The translations under genes and the position numbers were made by a program. A stretch of 64,000 bases of DNA from positions 25,927-89,926 of the forward strand of contig MGUK01000007.1 in NCBI GenBank assembly GCA_001799995.1, given 5' to 3'. Origin of the DNA: Elusimicrobia bacterium GWF2_62_30 (GTDB taxonomy: Bacteria > Elusimicrobiota > Elusimicrobia > Elusimicrobiales > UBA9959). The number at the start of each line of letters is the position of its first letter. Positions within the stretch are counted from its first letter, which is position 1. A model generated the notes under the pieces. It saw nothing but the letters and a program-made list of their open reading frames with translations, was not told where the DNA came from and did not search any database. Shown here piece by piece: positions 36,701-45,901 of this stretch.

Positions 36701-37345
36701 TTACCCGGCGGCCAGGAGGCCGCGGATCCCTTCCCAGATTATCTGCACGCCGATGGCGAGCAGGATAAAGGCGGAGATCTTCGAGATGGTCTGCGCCCCG
36801 GCCTTGCCCAGGCGGCGCAGGAGGTTCTCCGAATAGCGGTAGAACAGGAAAACGCTTAAAGCCGCCAGGGCGATCCCGGCGGAATTGCCGAAAAAGCTCA
36901 GCCAGGTGGAGGAGCTCAGCAGCGGCCCGGCCGGGATCAGGGTAAGGGTCACCGCGATGGACCCGGGCCCGGCGGTGACCGGCATGGTCATGGGGAAGAA
37001 AGCCCGGGAGGACATCTTTTCCTTGAGCTCCGCCTGCTCCTCGCGGGAGAATTTAGGTTCGTTGTTAAGCATCTTCCAGGCGGTATTGAAGAGCAGCAGC
37101 CCGCCGGCCACGCGTATCACGGGGACGGAAATGCCGAAGATCTTCAGCAGCCAGCCGCCCGCCACCAGTACCACGAAAAGCATCATGAACGTATAGCGCC
37201 CGATAAGCCCGGCCAGGCGGTGCCGGTCCTCGTCGGGCAGCGAAGAGGTCATCTCCAGGAAGATGGGGGACATGGCCGGCGGGTTCAGCACCGGGAAGAG
37301 GGCAAAGAATACGAGCGCCGCGTCGTTGACCAGGGAATGTATCAT
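36701..37345 (-). CDS. MarC family (UPF0056) integral membrane protein
   Basis: MIHSLVNDAALVFFALFPVLNPPAMSPIFLEMT...PMTMPVTAGPGSIAV. The track ORF 36701-37720 runs this gene's frame on upstream through the intergenic boundary, antisense-frame over the next gene's region. Confidence 0.75.
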   Translation of the reverse strand: MIHSLVNDAALVFFALFPVLNPPAMSPIFLEMTSSLPDEDRHRLAGLIGRYTFMMLFVVLVAGGWLLKIFGISVPVIRVAGGLLLFNTAWKMLNNEPKFSREEQAELKEKMSSRAFFPMTMPVTAGPGSIAVTLTLIPAGPLLSSSTWLSFFGNSAGIALAALSVFLFYRYSENLLRRLGKAGAQTISKISAFILLAIGVQIIWEGIRGLLAAG

Positions 37346-37635
37346 TAGTTCTTCTCCGAGAAGTAGTGGAACGCCATCAGGCCCGCCGCTATGAGCACCA
37401 CGTAAAGCGTGTCCGAGACGAAATACGGGAAGGCCATGAGCGTCACGCCGATTCCGAGCGTGAAGAAACTGTTGTTGCGCCTTCCATACCTGTAATACAG
37501 GTAGCCGATGCCGGATACGAGCAACCCGACGACAAGCCCCCAGACCGTGAACCCCATGAGGCTGCCGCCGGAACCCTTGAGGGCGGCCCCCTGGGAGGAC
37601 AGCTGCGCGAGGGCGTTTTGCGTTGTCGGGTCCAT
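37345..37635 (-). CDS. Small hypothetical membrane protein
   Basis: Two or three hydrophobic helices (GFTVWGLVVGLLVSGIGYLYY...). Its stop overlaps the MarC start by 1 nt. An alternative start lies at 37650. Confidence 0.45.
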   Translation of the reverse strand: MDPTTQNALAQLSSQGAALKGSGGSLMGFTVWGLVVGLLVSGIGYLYYRYGRRNNSFFTLGIGVTLMAFPYFVSDTLYVVLIAAGLMAFHYFSEKN

Positions 37636-37829
37636 GACTAATCTTACCAAATACCTCCGCGCAAAATTGAACGGGACGGGATATATTTTCTAGGATAGTG
37701 CTATACAGCCTGTACTCCACGGAGCTCTCGCATGAACGCCCTGCCGCCGCAGCTGCCAGCCCTGCTGGTCTTCCCCAGGAACAGGCCCACCCCGGCCTAT
37801 AGCCTGCTGCGCGGGCGCACGGAGCCGGC

Positions 37830-40085
37830 GTGAGGCGGCTGCTGGCGCAAGCGCTGAAGTCGGCGGGAGATTTTCCCGCGGCGGCCCCGCGCCCCCTGCG
37901 CGCCGCCCTCTGGTTCTTTTTAGCCCTGGCGGCGGCGTTCCTGATCTTCCCGGACGGCTGGCTGTATCCGCAGGACGTCGTCTCCCTGAATTCCGTATCG
38001 CTCCATTACACCTCGCACGGCAGGCCGCTTTTCCACATGCTCTCGCCGGTGTCCCGGAACTCTATGCCCCTGTTAAGCGTGGCTTCGCTTATGGCCGGCA
38101 ACACGACCTGGCCCGAAGTCCAGGCGCTGTGGGCGCTGCTCTCGCTGCTGCTCTGCGCGGCCGGCTACAGCCTGGGCTGCCTGCTCTCCGGCAGGCCGGC
38201 CGGCGTCGCGGCCGCGGCCGCGCTTTTCGCGGGGCAGATCTCGCCCTGGCTGTTCTTCGATATCGAGCAGCGCTTCAACTGCCTTATGCTGGCCCTTGTC
38301 GCCAACGCGCTGGCGCTAACGCTGTTCTCGCCCGCGGCCAGGAGGCTCATCGAAGGCTGCGCGATCGGCGCCAGCTTCCTCGCCAGGTCCCTGCTCTGCT
38401 GGCTGCCGGCCGCGCTGGCCGCGCTGGAGCTGGCCGCCTGGAAGACTTCCTGGAAACGTTCACTGGCCGGCGCCGCCCTGATCCTGGTGGTACCATTCCT
38501 TTTCCTTGTCCCCTGGATAACGTTCGGACCGGGAGACGCGGCCGGGCTGAGGATCTTCGACGGGCGGGCGGAATGGAACATGGTCACCGGGGCGTTGGGG
38601 AAAGTTTCCACCTTCGAGGGGGATTACAGGGCGCTGGCCGGAATAACGCAGGGAGACAATGCCGCCCTCTGGGTGGCGAAACGCATAATGACGCACCCGC
38701 GGGAGTACGCCGCCGGGGTGGCGAAAAGGACCTGGTTCCTGCTTTCGCCGCACGCCCTCCTCGTCCTGTTCTGGCTGGTCCCGGCGGTATTCTTGCGGCG
38801 CGATCCGGCTTTTTCCAGGGTTAATCTCCTGTGCGCCTACCTGCTGGCGGTCAACCTGGCTTTTTCCTCCGAGGAGCGGTATCTCACGGCGATACTGCCG
38901 CTGCTGGCGGCCGCGGGCGCCGCCGGGTTCCTGTCGCTGGGCGCCGGCGGCGGGGATGCGCGCGGCGAGGGCGTTCTTGTTTTCGCGGGCGCGGCGGTGC
39001 TCCCGGCCGCCCTGGTCGTTTTCTGCATGGCCCTCCTTATCCGCCATCCGGGGGCGGCCCCCGGGCACGAAAAAGCCGCCGCTCTCGAGCGAGCCGTCGC
39101 CGCCGCTCCCGGGATCTCCTGGCTGCGCTGGGAATCAGGCAGGCTGAAGCTTCTGGCCGGGGATTATTCCGGGGCCTACCGCGAGCTGGGCAAAGCCGCG
39201 GTACTCGCGCCGCACGATATTTATATCAAGACCGACCTGGCGGCCGCCGCGCTGCTTAAGAACAGGAAGAAGGGCAGGCCGTCGGGCGGGGCGGACCTGA
39301 TAACCCGCATCACCCCCCGGGAGACGGAGTGGAACAAGGATGTGACGGGGAAGAACTACATACTGCGCGCGCTTTACGCGCTTGACGCCGGCAAGCGCCC
39401 GCTGGCCGCCGCCAGCATGAGGCTGGCCCTGGCCGAACGGGACAAGGGGATCTACTTCAAGCGCAGCGGCGACGCTTCGGAAGAGAAAAGCCTGAAGACC
39501 CGGGACACGATGCTGCTGGACCGGACTTTCCCGGAGCTCCTTACCTATTTTCCCACGGAACTGCAGAACTCCCTTTGCCCGGAGCTGGTCGCGCTCTACG
39601 GCCGGGAAGCCGGCGCCGCCCGCGCCGGGCTCTGCGAAGGCGTGCTCGCCCTGAGCGCTGACTTCCGGCGGAATTATCTTGGCCCTGCGCCAGGTTCCGG
39701 CCGGGGGCCCGACAGCGCCTGGGCGCTGCCGCAGGCTGCCCAGCCGGCGCCGCGCGCCGCGGCTGCCGCGGGCGGCCCGGACGGCCGCTACCCCAGGGCT
39801 CTCCTGGACAGGTGCCTTGCCTTGTCCTCGGCAAATAAAAAAGAACAGGCCCTGCAGGCCTGCCAGAGCGCCGTTTACGCGGCGGCCGCGCACACGGGCG
39901 GGGAACCGGCCGCGATGGCCGAACTGGGCAGCGACGCGTCGCTGGAAAGCTACAGGCTGTTCAAAGCGCTGGGGCGCGGCGAGGAAGCGGAAGAGACTCT
40001 TTTCTGGGCGGTACAGAACGCGCCGGCTTCATGGCCGAAGCTGGCGGAAGCGAGAAAGCTTCTGGAGGGGACTAAAAGCCGCTGA
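37830..40085 (+). CDS. Large polytopic membrane protein with soluble helical-repeat C-terminal half (GT-C/ArnT-like candidate)
   Basis: 751-aa ORF with a GTG start, more than 10 hydrophobic helices in the first ~400 aa, and an Ala/Leu-rich helical C-terminal domain. Confidence 0.5.
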   Translation: MRRLLAQALKSAGDFPAAAPRPLRAALWFFLALAAAFLIFPDGWLYPQDVVSLNSVSLHYTSHGRPLFHMLSPVSRNSMPLLSVASLMAGNTTWPEVQALWALLSLLLCAAGYSLGCLLSGRPAGVAAAAALFAGQISPWLFFDIEQRFNCLMLALVANALALTLFSPAARRLIEGCAIGASFLARSLLCWLPAALAALELAAWKTSWKRSLAGAALILVVPFLFLVPWITFGPGDAAGLRIFDGRAEWNMVTGALGKVSTFEGDYRALAGITQGDNAALWVAKRIMTHPREYAAGVAKRTWFLLSPHALLVLFWLVPAVFLRRDPAFSRVNLLCAYLLAVNLAFSSEERYLTAILPLLAAAGAAGFLSLGAGGGDARGEGVLVFAGAAVLPAALVVFCMALLIRHPGAAPGHEKAAALERAVAAAPGISWLRWESGRLKLLAGDYSGAYRELGKAAVLAPHDIYIKTDLAAAALLKNRKKGRPSGGADLITRITPRETEWNKDVTGKNYILRALYALDAGKRPLAAASMRLALAERDKGIYFKRSGDASEEKSLKTRDTMLLDRTFPELLTYFPTELQNSLCPELVALYGREAGAARAGLCEGVLALSADFRRNYLGPAPGSGRGPDSAWALPQAAQPAPRAAAAAGGPDGRYPRALLDRCLALSSANKKEQALQACQSAVYAAAAHTGGEPAAMAELGSDASLESYRLFKALGRGEEAEETLFWAVQNAPASWPKLAEARKLLEGTKSR

Positions 40086-40093
40086 CCTGCCCG

Positions 40094-40468
40094 CTATTCT
40101 TCCCTGCGCACGGTCTCCGAAGAGAAAGCCGGCAGACAGACGGCTATATATTCCGCGCCTTCCGGTTCCGGGGTTGAGTAGCGCACGCGCTCGCCGGGCT
40201 CCATGATGATAGCCTGGCCGCCCCGCACCTCGTAGGTCCCGTCGTGGGTTTCCACCTTGAGCATTCCCTTGAGCACCAGCGTATACTCGGTGAACCGGGG
40301 CTCCTGCGTAGGCTCGTCCCAGCCGCCGGGGCTTACCATGCGGGCCACGCTTATCGTCGTGGTCTTTGAATTGACCCGCCCGATATACTCTTCTATGACT
40401 TTCGGTTTGTTGCCGGCCGCCTGCACTATTGAAGGCCCTTTGATGAATATTGCCATAAATCGCTCCAT
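40094..40468 (-). CDS. Cupin domain protein
   Basis: Small beta-barrel pattern EYTLVLKGMLKVETHDGTYEVRGGQAIIMEPGERVRY. Confidence 0.65.
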   Translation of the reverse strand: MERFMAIFIKGPSIVQAAGNKPKVIEEYIGRVNSKTTTISVARMVSPGGWDEPTQEPRFTEYTLVLKGMLKVETHDGTYEVRGGQAIIMEPGERVRYSTPEPEGAEYIAVCLPAFSSETVRREE

Positions 40469-40515
40469 GCCCGCCTTTCCCTAATTTTATCTTACTTCAT
40501 GCCGCTAAAACCAGT

Positions 40516-40544
40516 TTGCGCGGCCGCTCCGCTACCGCTATAAT
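40516..40544 (+). promoter_or_regulatory. Candidate sigma70-type promoter of the ABC-2 operon
   Basis: TTGCGC (40516-40521), 17-nt spacer, perfect TATAAT (40539-40544). Confidence 0.45.
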
Positions 40545-40592
40545 ATCGGAGAACGGGTTCCCGCCCCCGCGGGGGAAGCGGCCGGAGATACC

Positions 40593-41312
40593 ATGAACGC
40601 GGTAGAATTGCGCGGCCTTACAAAAAAGTACAAGGATTTCGAGGCCATTTCGGGCCTGGACCTCTCCGTCGGCGCCGGGGAGATCTTCGCGCTGGTGGGC
40701 CCCAACGGGGTGGGGAAATCCACCACGCTGAAAATGATCGCCACGATACTGACCCCCACCGCCGGGACCATCTCCGTGTTCGGCCTGGACACCGTGCGCG
40801 ACGCGCACCGCGTGCGGGAGCTTATCAGCTACCTGCCCGAAGAGGCCGGGGCTTACAAGAACCTGACGGGGCGGGAATACCTGCGGTTCATGGCCATGGT
40901 CTTCCTCAAAGACCACGCCAGGGCGGAGGCCGCCACCGCTTTCGGTGAAGAGCTCTGCGGGCTGAAGGACAGGCTGAAGGACAAGATCAAGACCTACAGC
41001 AAGGGGATGGCGCGCAAGCTGCTGCTGGCGAGGGCCGTGATGATACGCCCGAAGCTGGCCATCCTCGACGAGCCCACCAGCGGCCTCGACATCGTGAACG
41101 GCTACGAGATTCGCAAGACCATCAAGCAGCTCGCCGCGGAAGGCACCACCTTCATCATCTCCAGCCACAACATGGCCGAGATAGAATTCCTTTCCGGCCG
41201 CATCGCGGTCATCAACAAGGGGAAACTCCTGGCCTGCGATACCCCGGCCGCCCTCCGGGTAAAATTCTCGACCGAAGACCTTGAAGAGGTCTTCATAGCT
41301 CTCGCCCGATGA
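40593..41312 (+). CDS. ABC transporter ATP-binding protein (ABC-2/drug-exporter type)
   Basis: Walker A GPNGVGKST, signature YSKGMARKLLLA, and Walker B ILDEPTSGLD. Confidence 0.85.
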   Translation: MNAVELRGLTKKYKDFEAISGLDLSVGAGEIFALVGPNGVGKSTTLKMIATILTPTAGTISVFGLDTVRDAHRVRELISYLPEEAGAYKNLTGREYLRFMAMVFLKDHARAEAATAFGEELCGLKDRLKDKIKTYSKGMARKLLLARAVMIRPKLAILDEPTSGLDIVNGYEIRKTIKQLAAEGTTFIISSHNMAEIEFLSGRIAVINKGKLLACDTPAALRVKFSTEDLEEVFIALAR

Positions 41313-42607
41313 ACATCTTCCTCGTCCTGTTCAAGAAAGAGATAAAAGAGCTGCTGACCCGGCAGCTCCTGATCTCCATCGCCGCCATGCTCTTCATCTT
41401 CGCGGTAATCGGCAAATCCGTGGGCAGCCACAGCCGCTCTTCCGGCGTGCGCAACTCCGTAGTGCTGCTCGACCTGGACCGCTCGCCGCTTTCCAAGCGC
41501 ATCGCCGGGGCCATGCGCAAGGCAAAGGCTGAGATCCTGCCCTCCGGGGCGGCGAACATCGCGGCCGCGCTGGCCGACCCGCAGTTCGCGGGGGAGAACT
41601 CTTTCATCCTGCTCCCGGCCGGGCTCGAAAAGGACGTGGCGGGGCAGAAGGCTTCGCGCGTGGAGTATTACTCGCGCTTCCGCCGGGACGCTTCCGGCCT
41701 GGGGCCGGCGCTCGCGGCCGGAAGGGTCAGGAAGCTTTCCACCGCGGTTTCCGGCGCGGTGAGCGCCTGGGCGCTGGAGCGCCGGCTGCCGGGGCTCTCC
41801 GCGGACCTGTTGAAGGACCCCGCTCCGGCCAGGGAATTCGCGGTGATAGACGGCCGCATGGAACAGGTACCGGTGGCGCAGGTGGTGGCCTTCATGCAGT
41901 CCCAGTCCTATTTTTTCCCGATGGCGGTCTTCTTTATAGTAATGCTGTCCGCGCAGATGATCATGACCTCGGTGGCGAGCGAAAAAGAGAACAAAACGCT
42001 GGAAACGCTTTTGAGCTCCCCGGTGGACAGGCGCCTGCTGGTGCTGTCGAAGCTCGCCGCTTCCACGTCGATCGCGGCCGCGCTGTCGCTGGCGTACATG
42101 CTGGGCATGCGCTCGTTCATGTCCGGGATAAACAGCATAGCCGGAGCGGGCCCCGCCGCGGCGGCCTCGGAGGCGCTGGCGCGGCTCGGCCTCGTAATGA
42201 CCCCGTCCGGATACCTGCTCACCGGGCTCTCGGTGCTGTTCTGCATTCTCTGCGCCATCTCCATGGCGTTCATCCTGGGCATCCTTGCCGAGGACGTAAA
42301 AAGCGTGCAGACGCTGCTCACGCCCCTGATGATGCCGCTGATGCTGGCCTACCTGCTCCCCATCTTCATCGACCTGAGCACCGCCAACTTCGGGATAAAA
42401 TTCCTGCTCTACGCCATCCCGTTCACGCACGCTTTCATGGCCCCGCAGAACATCCTGATGGGCAATATCCAGCAGGTGCTCTACGGCATAGCTTACCAGG
42501 CCGCGGTCTTCGCGGCTTTCGTCCTGCTGGCCGCCAGGCTGTTCTCGGGGGACGCGCTGCTCACGCTGCGCATCAAGGGCTTTAAGTTCGGAGGAGGCGG
42601 AAGATGA
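41309..42607 (+). CDS. ABC-2 type transporter permease
   Basis: N-terminal TM helix, large extracytoplasmic loop, and a C-terminal bundle of five TM helices. ATGA overlap with the ATPase gene. Confidence 0.7.
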   Translation: MNIFLVLFKKEIKELLTRQLLISIAAMLFIFAVIGKSVGSHSRSSGVRNSVVLLDLDRSPLSKRIAGAMRKAKAEILPSGAANIAAALADPQFAGENSFILLPAGLEKDVAGQKASRVEYYSRFRRDASGLGPALAAGRVRKLSTAVSGAVSAWALERRLPGLSADLLKDPAPAREFAVIDGRMEQVPVAQVVAFMQSQSYFFPMAVFFIVMLSAQMIMTSVASEKENKTLETLLSSPVDRRLLVLSKLAASTSIAAALSLAYMLGMRSFMSGINSIAGAGPAAAASEALARLGLVMTPSGYLLTGLSVLFCILCAISMAFILGILAEDVKSVQTLLTPLMMPLMLAYLLPIFIDLSTANFGIKFLLYAIPFTHAFMAPQNILMGNIQQVLYGIAYQAAVFAAFVLLAARLFSGDALLTLRIKGFKFGGGGR

Positions 42608-43134
42608 AAAAGAAAGCGTTCCCGCTCGTCAAAGTGAATACCCTGCTGCAGCACGGCCCCGTGGTCATGATCTCGACCGCCGCCGGAGGCCGCAACAACG
42701 TGATGACGCTGTCCTGGCTGACCATGGTGGATTTCGACCCGCCGCTGGTAGGCTGCGTGATCAGCGACGAGAACCGCACCTTCGGGACGCTGAAGAATAC
42801 CTGCGAATGCGTTATAAACATCCCGACGCTGGCGATCGCCCGCAAGGCCCTGGCCTGCGGCAGCACGTCGGGGGCAGATACCGACAAGTTCGCCGCCTTC
42901 GGACTTACGCCGCAGAAAGCGTCGCTGGTCAAAGCCCCGCTGATAAAGGAATGCTACGCCAGCCTGGAATGCCGCCTGGAAGACTCCGGCATGTCGGATA
43001 AATACAACTTCTTCGTCCTCAAAGTGGTGAAGGCCTGGGTCTCGGGAGAAAAGAAACCCAAAACGCTGCACCACCTCGGGGGCAATTCCTTCATGTTGCC
43101 GGGCAGGACCGTGAAAGTGAAGAAATGGAAATAA
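42604..43134 (+). CDS. Flavin reductase-like FMN-binding domain protein
   Basis: PVVMISTAAGGRNNVMTLSWLTMVDFDPPLVGCVIS is the flavin reductase-like domain pattern. Overlaps the permease stop. Confidence 0.7.
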   Translation: MKKKAFPLVKVNTLLQHGPVVMISTAAGGRNNVMTLSWLTMVDFDPPLVGCVISDENRTFGTLKNTCECVINIPTLAIARKALACGSTSGADTDKFAAFGLTPQKASLVKAPLIKECYASLECRLEDSGMSDKYNFFVLKVVKAWVSGEKKPKTLHHLGGNSFMLPGRTVKVKKWK

Positions 43135-43138
43135 ACCT

Positions 43139-45076
43139 ATGAAAAGAATCCTTCCCCTGCTGCTCCTCGCCGCCGCCGGCTGCACCCTCGTCAACAAGAA
43201 ACAGGACGCGCCGGCTTACAAGGGCCTGGGCCTTGAAAGCACGGACCAGAAAACTCTTTCCGCGTTCGCCCCGAAGCCGCTGGGGCCGGCCGTGAGCTCG
43301 CGCGTGCAGTCGATGATGGATATAAAGTCGCCAGGCATGGGAGCCGTAGCCCCGGGCGGGACGGCGCTGCATTTCTCGTGGACGATAACCGGCGTCTCGC
43401 AGATCTGGAAGCTGGACGGGCCTATGCGCTTTCCCAGGCAGATGACCGGCGGGGAAGACCCCACCAGCCTGCTCGGGTATACACCCGACGGGAAATATAT
43501 CCTGGTATCCCGCGACAGGAACGGCCAGGAGAACCCCGGCCTTTATTACCAGCCCGCGGACGGCGGCGCGCTGCAGGAGATAAACCATGTCAAAGGCGTG
43601 CAGACCTATTTTCAGCACGTCAGCGACGATTCCCGCTACGTGTATTATTCCGCCAACGACCGCAAACCAGACCAGCGCACCCTTTACCGCTACGAAATGG
43701 GAACGGGGGAAAAGAAAATGGTGTTCAACGAACCCGGCCTCTGGCGCGTGGCGGACGCCGTGCCCGGCAGGTTCCTGCTTATCAAGGACCGGGGCTCCAT
43801 GTGGAACGAGCTCTACGAACTGGATCTCTCGTCAGGCAGGCTGACGCCCCTGCTGGGACAAGGCGAGCGCGAAGATTATGACGCCGCGTTCGGGGCCGGG
43901 CAGGGGGAATACCTGGTGCTCAGCAACAAGGGCACGGATCTCAGGCAGGTCTGCCTGCTTAAGGACGGGCAGCTGTCGCCCAGGATAAGTTCGCCCGACC
44001 GGGAGATCTCCCGGTTCATGGTCGACGAAGCGCGCAAGCACCTGGTCGTGCAGTGGCTCGACAAGGGCTACACCCGCTTCGACGTTTACGATCCGCTTAC
44101 CTTCGATAAGCTGGCCATGCCGGATTTCGGCGACGCGGAGAATATCTACGTCGGGGAAGTCTCGCGCGACGGCCGGTATATGACCGTCGGGATCGACAAG
44201 GCCTACGAGCCGCGGACCAGCTACGTCTGGGACTGGAACAAGCGCGAACTGGTCAAGTGGCTCGCCTCCAGTTCTCCGGAGATAGACACTTCCGGCTTCG
44301 CGAAAGCCTCTCTCGTCTACTACCCGGCCCGGGACGGGACGCAGGTCCCTATGTTCGTGCGCAGCCCCGCGCAATGCGCAGACCGCGTCTGCCCGGTGAT
44401 AGTCAGCTTCCACGGCGGGCCGGAGGGGATGAGCGCTCCCGGCTTCAGCTCCGGCGCCCAGATCTTCGTGGACGCCGGCTTCGTCTGGGTCACGCCTAAC
44501 GTACGCGGCAGCGACGGCTTCGGGCGCAAGTGGGGGGAAGCCGACAACGGCCCGAAGCGCCTCGACGTGATTACGGACATAGAGGACTGCGCGCTTTACA
44601 TCAAAAAAGCCTGGGCGAGGGACGGGGTTGCCCCGCGGGTCGGCGTGACCGGCGGCAGCTACGGCGGCTACGCCGCGCTGCTGGCCATGACGCGCTTTGC
44701 CGGCGCCTACGACGCGGGCGTAGCCTCCGTCGGCATGAGCAACCTCTACAGTTTCCTGATGAACACGGCCCCTTATCGCCGCAGCCTGCGGGCTTCGGAA
44801 TACGGCGACCCGGAAAAAGACAAAGAGGCCCTGCTGAAGCTCTCCCCTATAACCTACGTAAAGGCTATCAGCGCGCCCCTGCTGATAATCCAGGGCGCCA
44901 ACGACCCGCGGGTACCTGTCGGGGAAGCCGTCCAGATGTACGAAGCGGTAAAGGCCAAAGGCGTGGACGCGGGGCTGATGATCTTCGCTGACGAAGGCCA
45001 CGGCGCCGCCAAGCGCCAGAACCAGGTCCTGTCCACTGGCCATACCCTGAGGTTCTTCGAACAGCACCTGAAGTAG
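43139..45076 (+). CDS. Prolyl oligopeptidase family (S9) serine peptidase with N-terminal beta-propeller; lipoprotein-like signal
   Basis: LLLAAAGC lipobox-like signal. Catalytic GGSYGG, with later D and H (ADEGHG) in the alpha/beta-hydrolase domain. Confidence 0.8.
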   Translation: MKRILPLLLLAAAGCTLVNKKQDAPAYKGLGLESTDQKTLSAFAPKPLGPAVSSRVQSMMDIKSPGMGAVAPGGTALHFSWTITGVSQIWKLDGPMRFPRQMTGGEDPTSLLGYTPDGKYILVSRDRNGQENPGLYYQPADGGALQEINHVKGVQTYFQHVSDDSRYVYYSANDRKPDQRTLYRYEMGTGEKKMVFNEPGLWRVADAVPGRFLLIKDRGSMWNELYELDLSSGRLTPLLGQGEREDYDAAFGAGQGEYLVLSNKGTDLRQVCLLKDGQLSPRISSPDREISRFMVDEARKHLVVQWLDKGYTRFDVYDPLTFDKLAMPDFGDAENIYVGEVSRDGRYMTVGIDKAYEPRTSYVWDWNKRELVKWLASSSPEIDTSGFAKASLVYYPARDGTQVPMFVRSPAQCADRVCPVIVSFHGGPEGMSAPGFSSGAQIFVDAGFVWVTPNVRGSDGFGRKWGEADNGPKRLDVITDIEDCALYIKKAWARDGVAPRVGVTGGSYGGYAALLAMTRFAGAYDAGVASVGMSNLYSFLMNTAPYRRSLRASEYGDPEKDKEALLKLSPITYVKAISAPLLIIQGANDPRVPVGEAVQMYEAVKAKGVDAGLMIFADEGHGAAKRQNQVLSTGHTLRFFEQHLK

Positions 45077-45081
45077 GGGAC

Positions 45082-45112
45082 AAAAAAGCGGGGCGGACCA
45101 TATGGTCCGCCC
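45082..45112 (-). terminator. Rho-independent terminator for the minus-strand ABC operon (hairpin may also stop the plus-strand S9 gene)
   Basis: gggcggacc-atat-ggtccgccc is a 9-bp stem. On the minus strand it is followed by TTTTTT (45082-45087). Confidence 0.55.
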
Positions 45113-45215
45113 TCTGCGTGGGTCTCAACTGTGCTGCGTCTCTGCTTAGGGTGAGACCCCGTCCCTGATTATAGTCTACCAGCTAAATCCGGAATTATCA
45201 AGGGCCCTCCGGCCC

Positions 45216-45899
45216 TTATTCCGCGTGGATCTTCCCGTCGCGGATCTCCAGCCTGCGGTCGGCGGAACGGGCCAGGTCCAGGTTATGGGTGACCAGCACC
45301 ACCGTGATGCCCTGTTTCGTAAGCCCGTGCAGGATGGCGCTGATCTCGTCCGCCCGCCTGCTGTCGAGGCTGCCGGTAGGTTCGTCCGCCAGGATCACCT
45401 TGGGCCCGTTGATGAGCGCCCGCGCTATCGCGACCCGCTGCATCTCGCCCCCCGAGATCTCCCCGGGCAAGTGCCGGTAGCGCTGTTCTATCCCCAGCAG
45501 CTTCATCACGTCCCGCGCGGCTTTCGCGCCCGGCGCCTGGTAGAACGCCCCGGGCAGCATGATATTCTCCTCCACCGTCAGCGTCGGGATCAGGTAGAAC
45601 TTCTGGAACACGTAACCGAACAGCTCGCGCCGGATGCGCGTAAGTTCCCGCTCCGAAAGCTCCCTGTGCCCGCCGAAGACCGGCCGGCCGCCTACGGAGA
45701 GCGTGCCGGAAGTCGGGTTGTCCAGGCAGCCTATCATATTGAGAAGAGTGGTCTTGCCCGAACCGGACGGACCGGTGATAGCCACCATCTCCCCGGCCCC
45801 GGCCTCGAAACTGATCCCGTCCACGGCCCGGACCTCTTCGGAACCGCGGCGGAAGACCTTGCTCAGGTCCCTGGCGGAAATGATCATGTCGTTGGCCAT
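45216..45899 (-). CDS. ABC transporter ATP-binding protein, MacB/LolD type
   Basis: MANDMIISARDLSKVF...GPSGSGKTTLLN Walker A, LSGGEMQRVAIARAL, and ILADEPTGSLD. Track ORF trimmed from 46142. Confidence 0.88.
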   Translation of the reverse strand: MANDMIISARDLSKVFRRGSEEVRAVDGISFEAGAGEMVAITGPSGSGKTTLLNMIGCLDNPTSGTLSVGGRPVFGGHRELSERELTRIRRELFGYVFQKFYLIPTLTVEENIMLPGAFYQAPGAKAARDVMKLLGIEQRYRHLPGEISGGEMQRVAIARALINGPKVILADEPTGSLDSRRADEISAILHGLTKQGITVVLVTHNLDLARSADRRLEIRDGKIHAE

Positions 45900-45901
45900 A
45901 G

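Noticed and set aside
36701-37720. A single 339-aa ORF in the track.
   Set aside because: The C-terminal 214 aa are a complete MarC-family protein starting at the ATG at 37345. The upstream part has artefact-like composition. The separate 101-aa membrane ORF (37345-37650) in another frame is the more plausible neighbour.
37732-37833. A 33-codon upstream ORF (MNALPPQLPALLVFPRNRPTPAYSLLRGRTEPA) whose TGA overlaps the GTG start of the 751-aa membrane protein.
   Set aside because: There is no RBS, the peptide is short and Pro/Arg/Leu-rich as expected from GC bias, and conservation cannot be assessed. It could equally be a non-coding leader.
45117-45163. The hairpin gggtctca...tgagaccc with a neighbouring agggtgag/ccccgtccc, considered as a fifth, degenerate copy of the repeat family.
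   Set aside because: Only short arm-like words are shared, and the two-hairpin core is absent. The evidence is insufficient to call it a family member.
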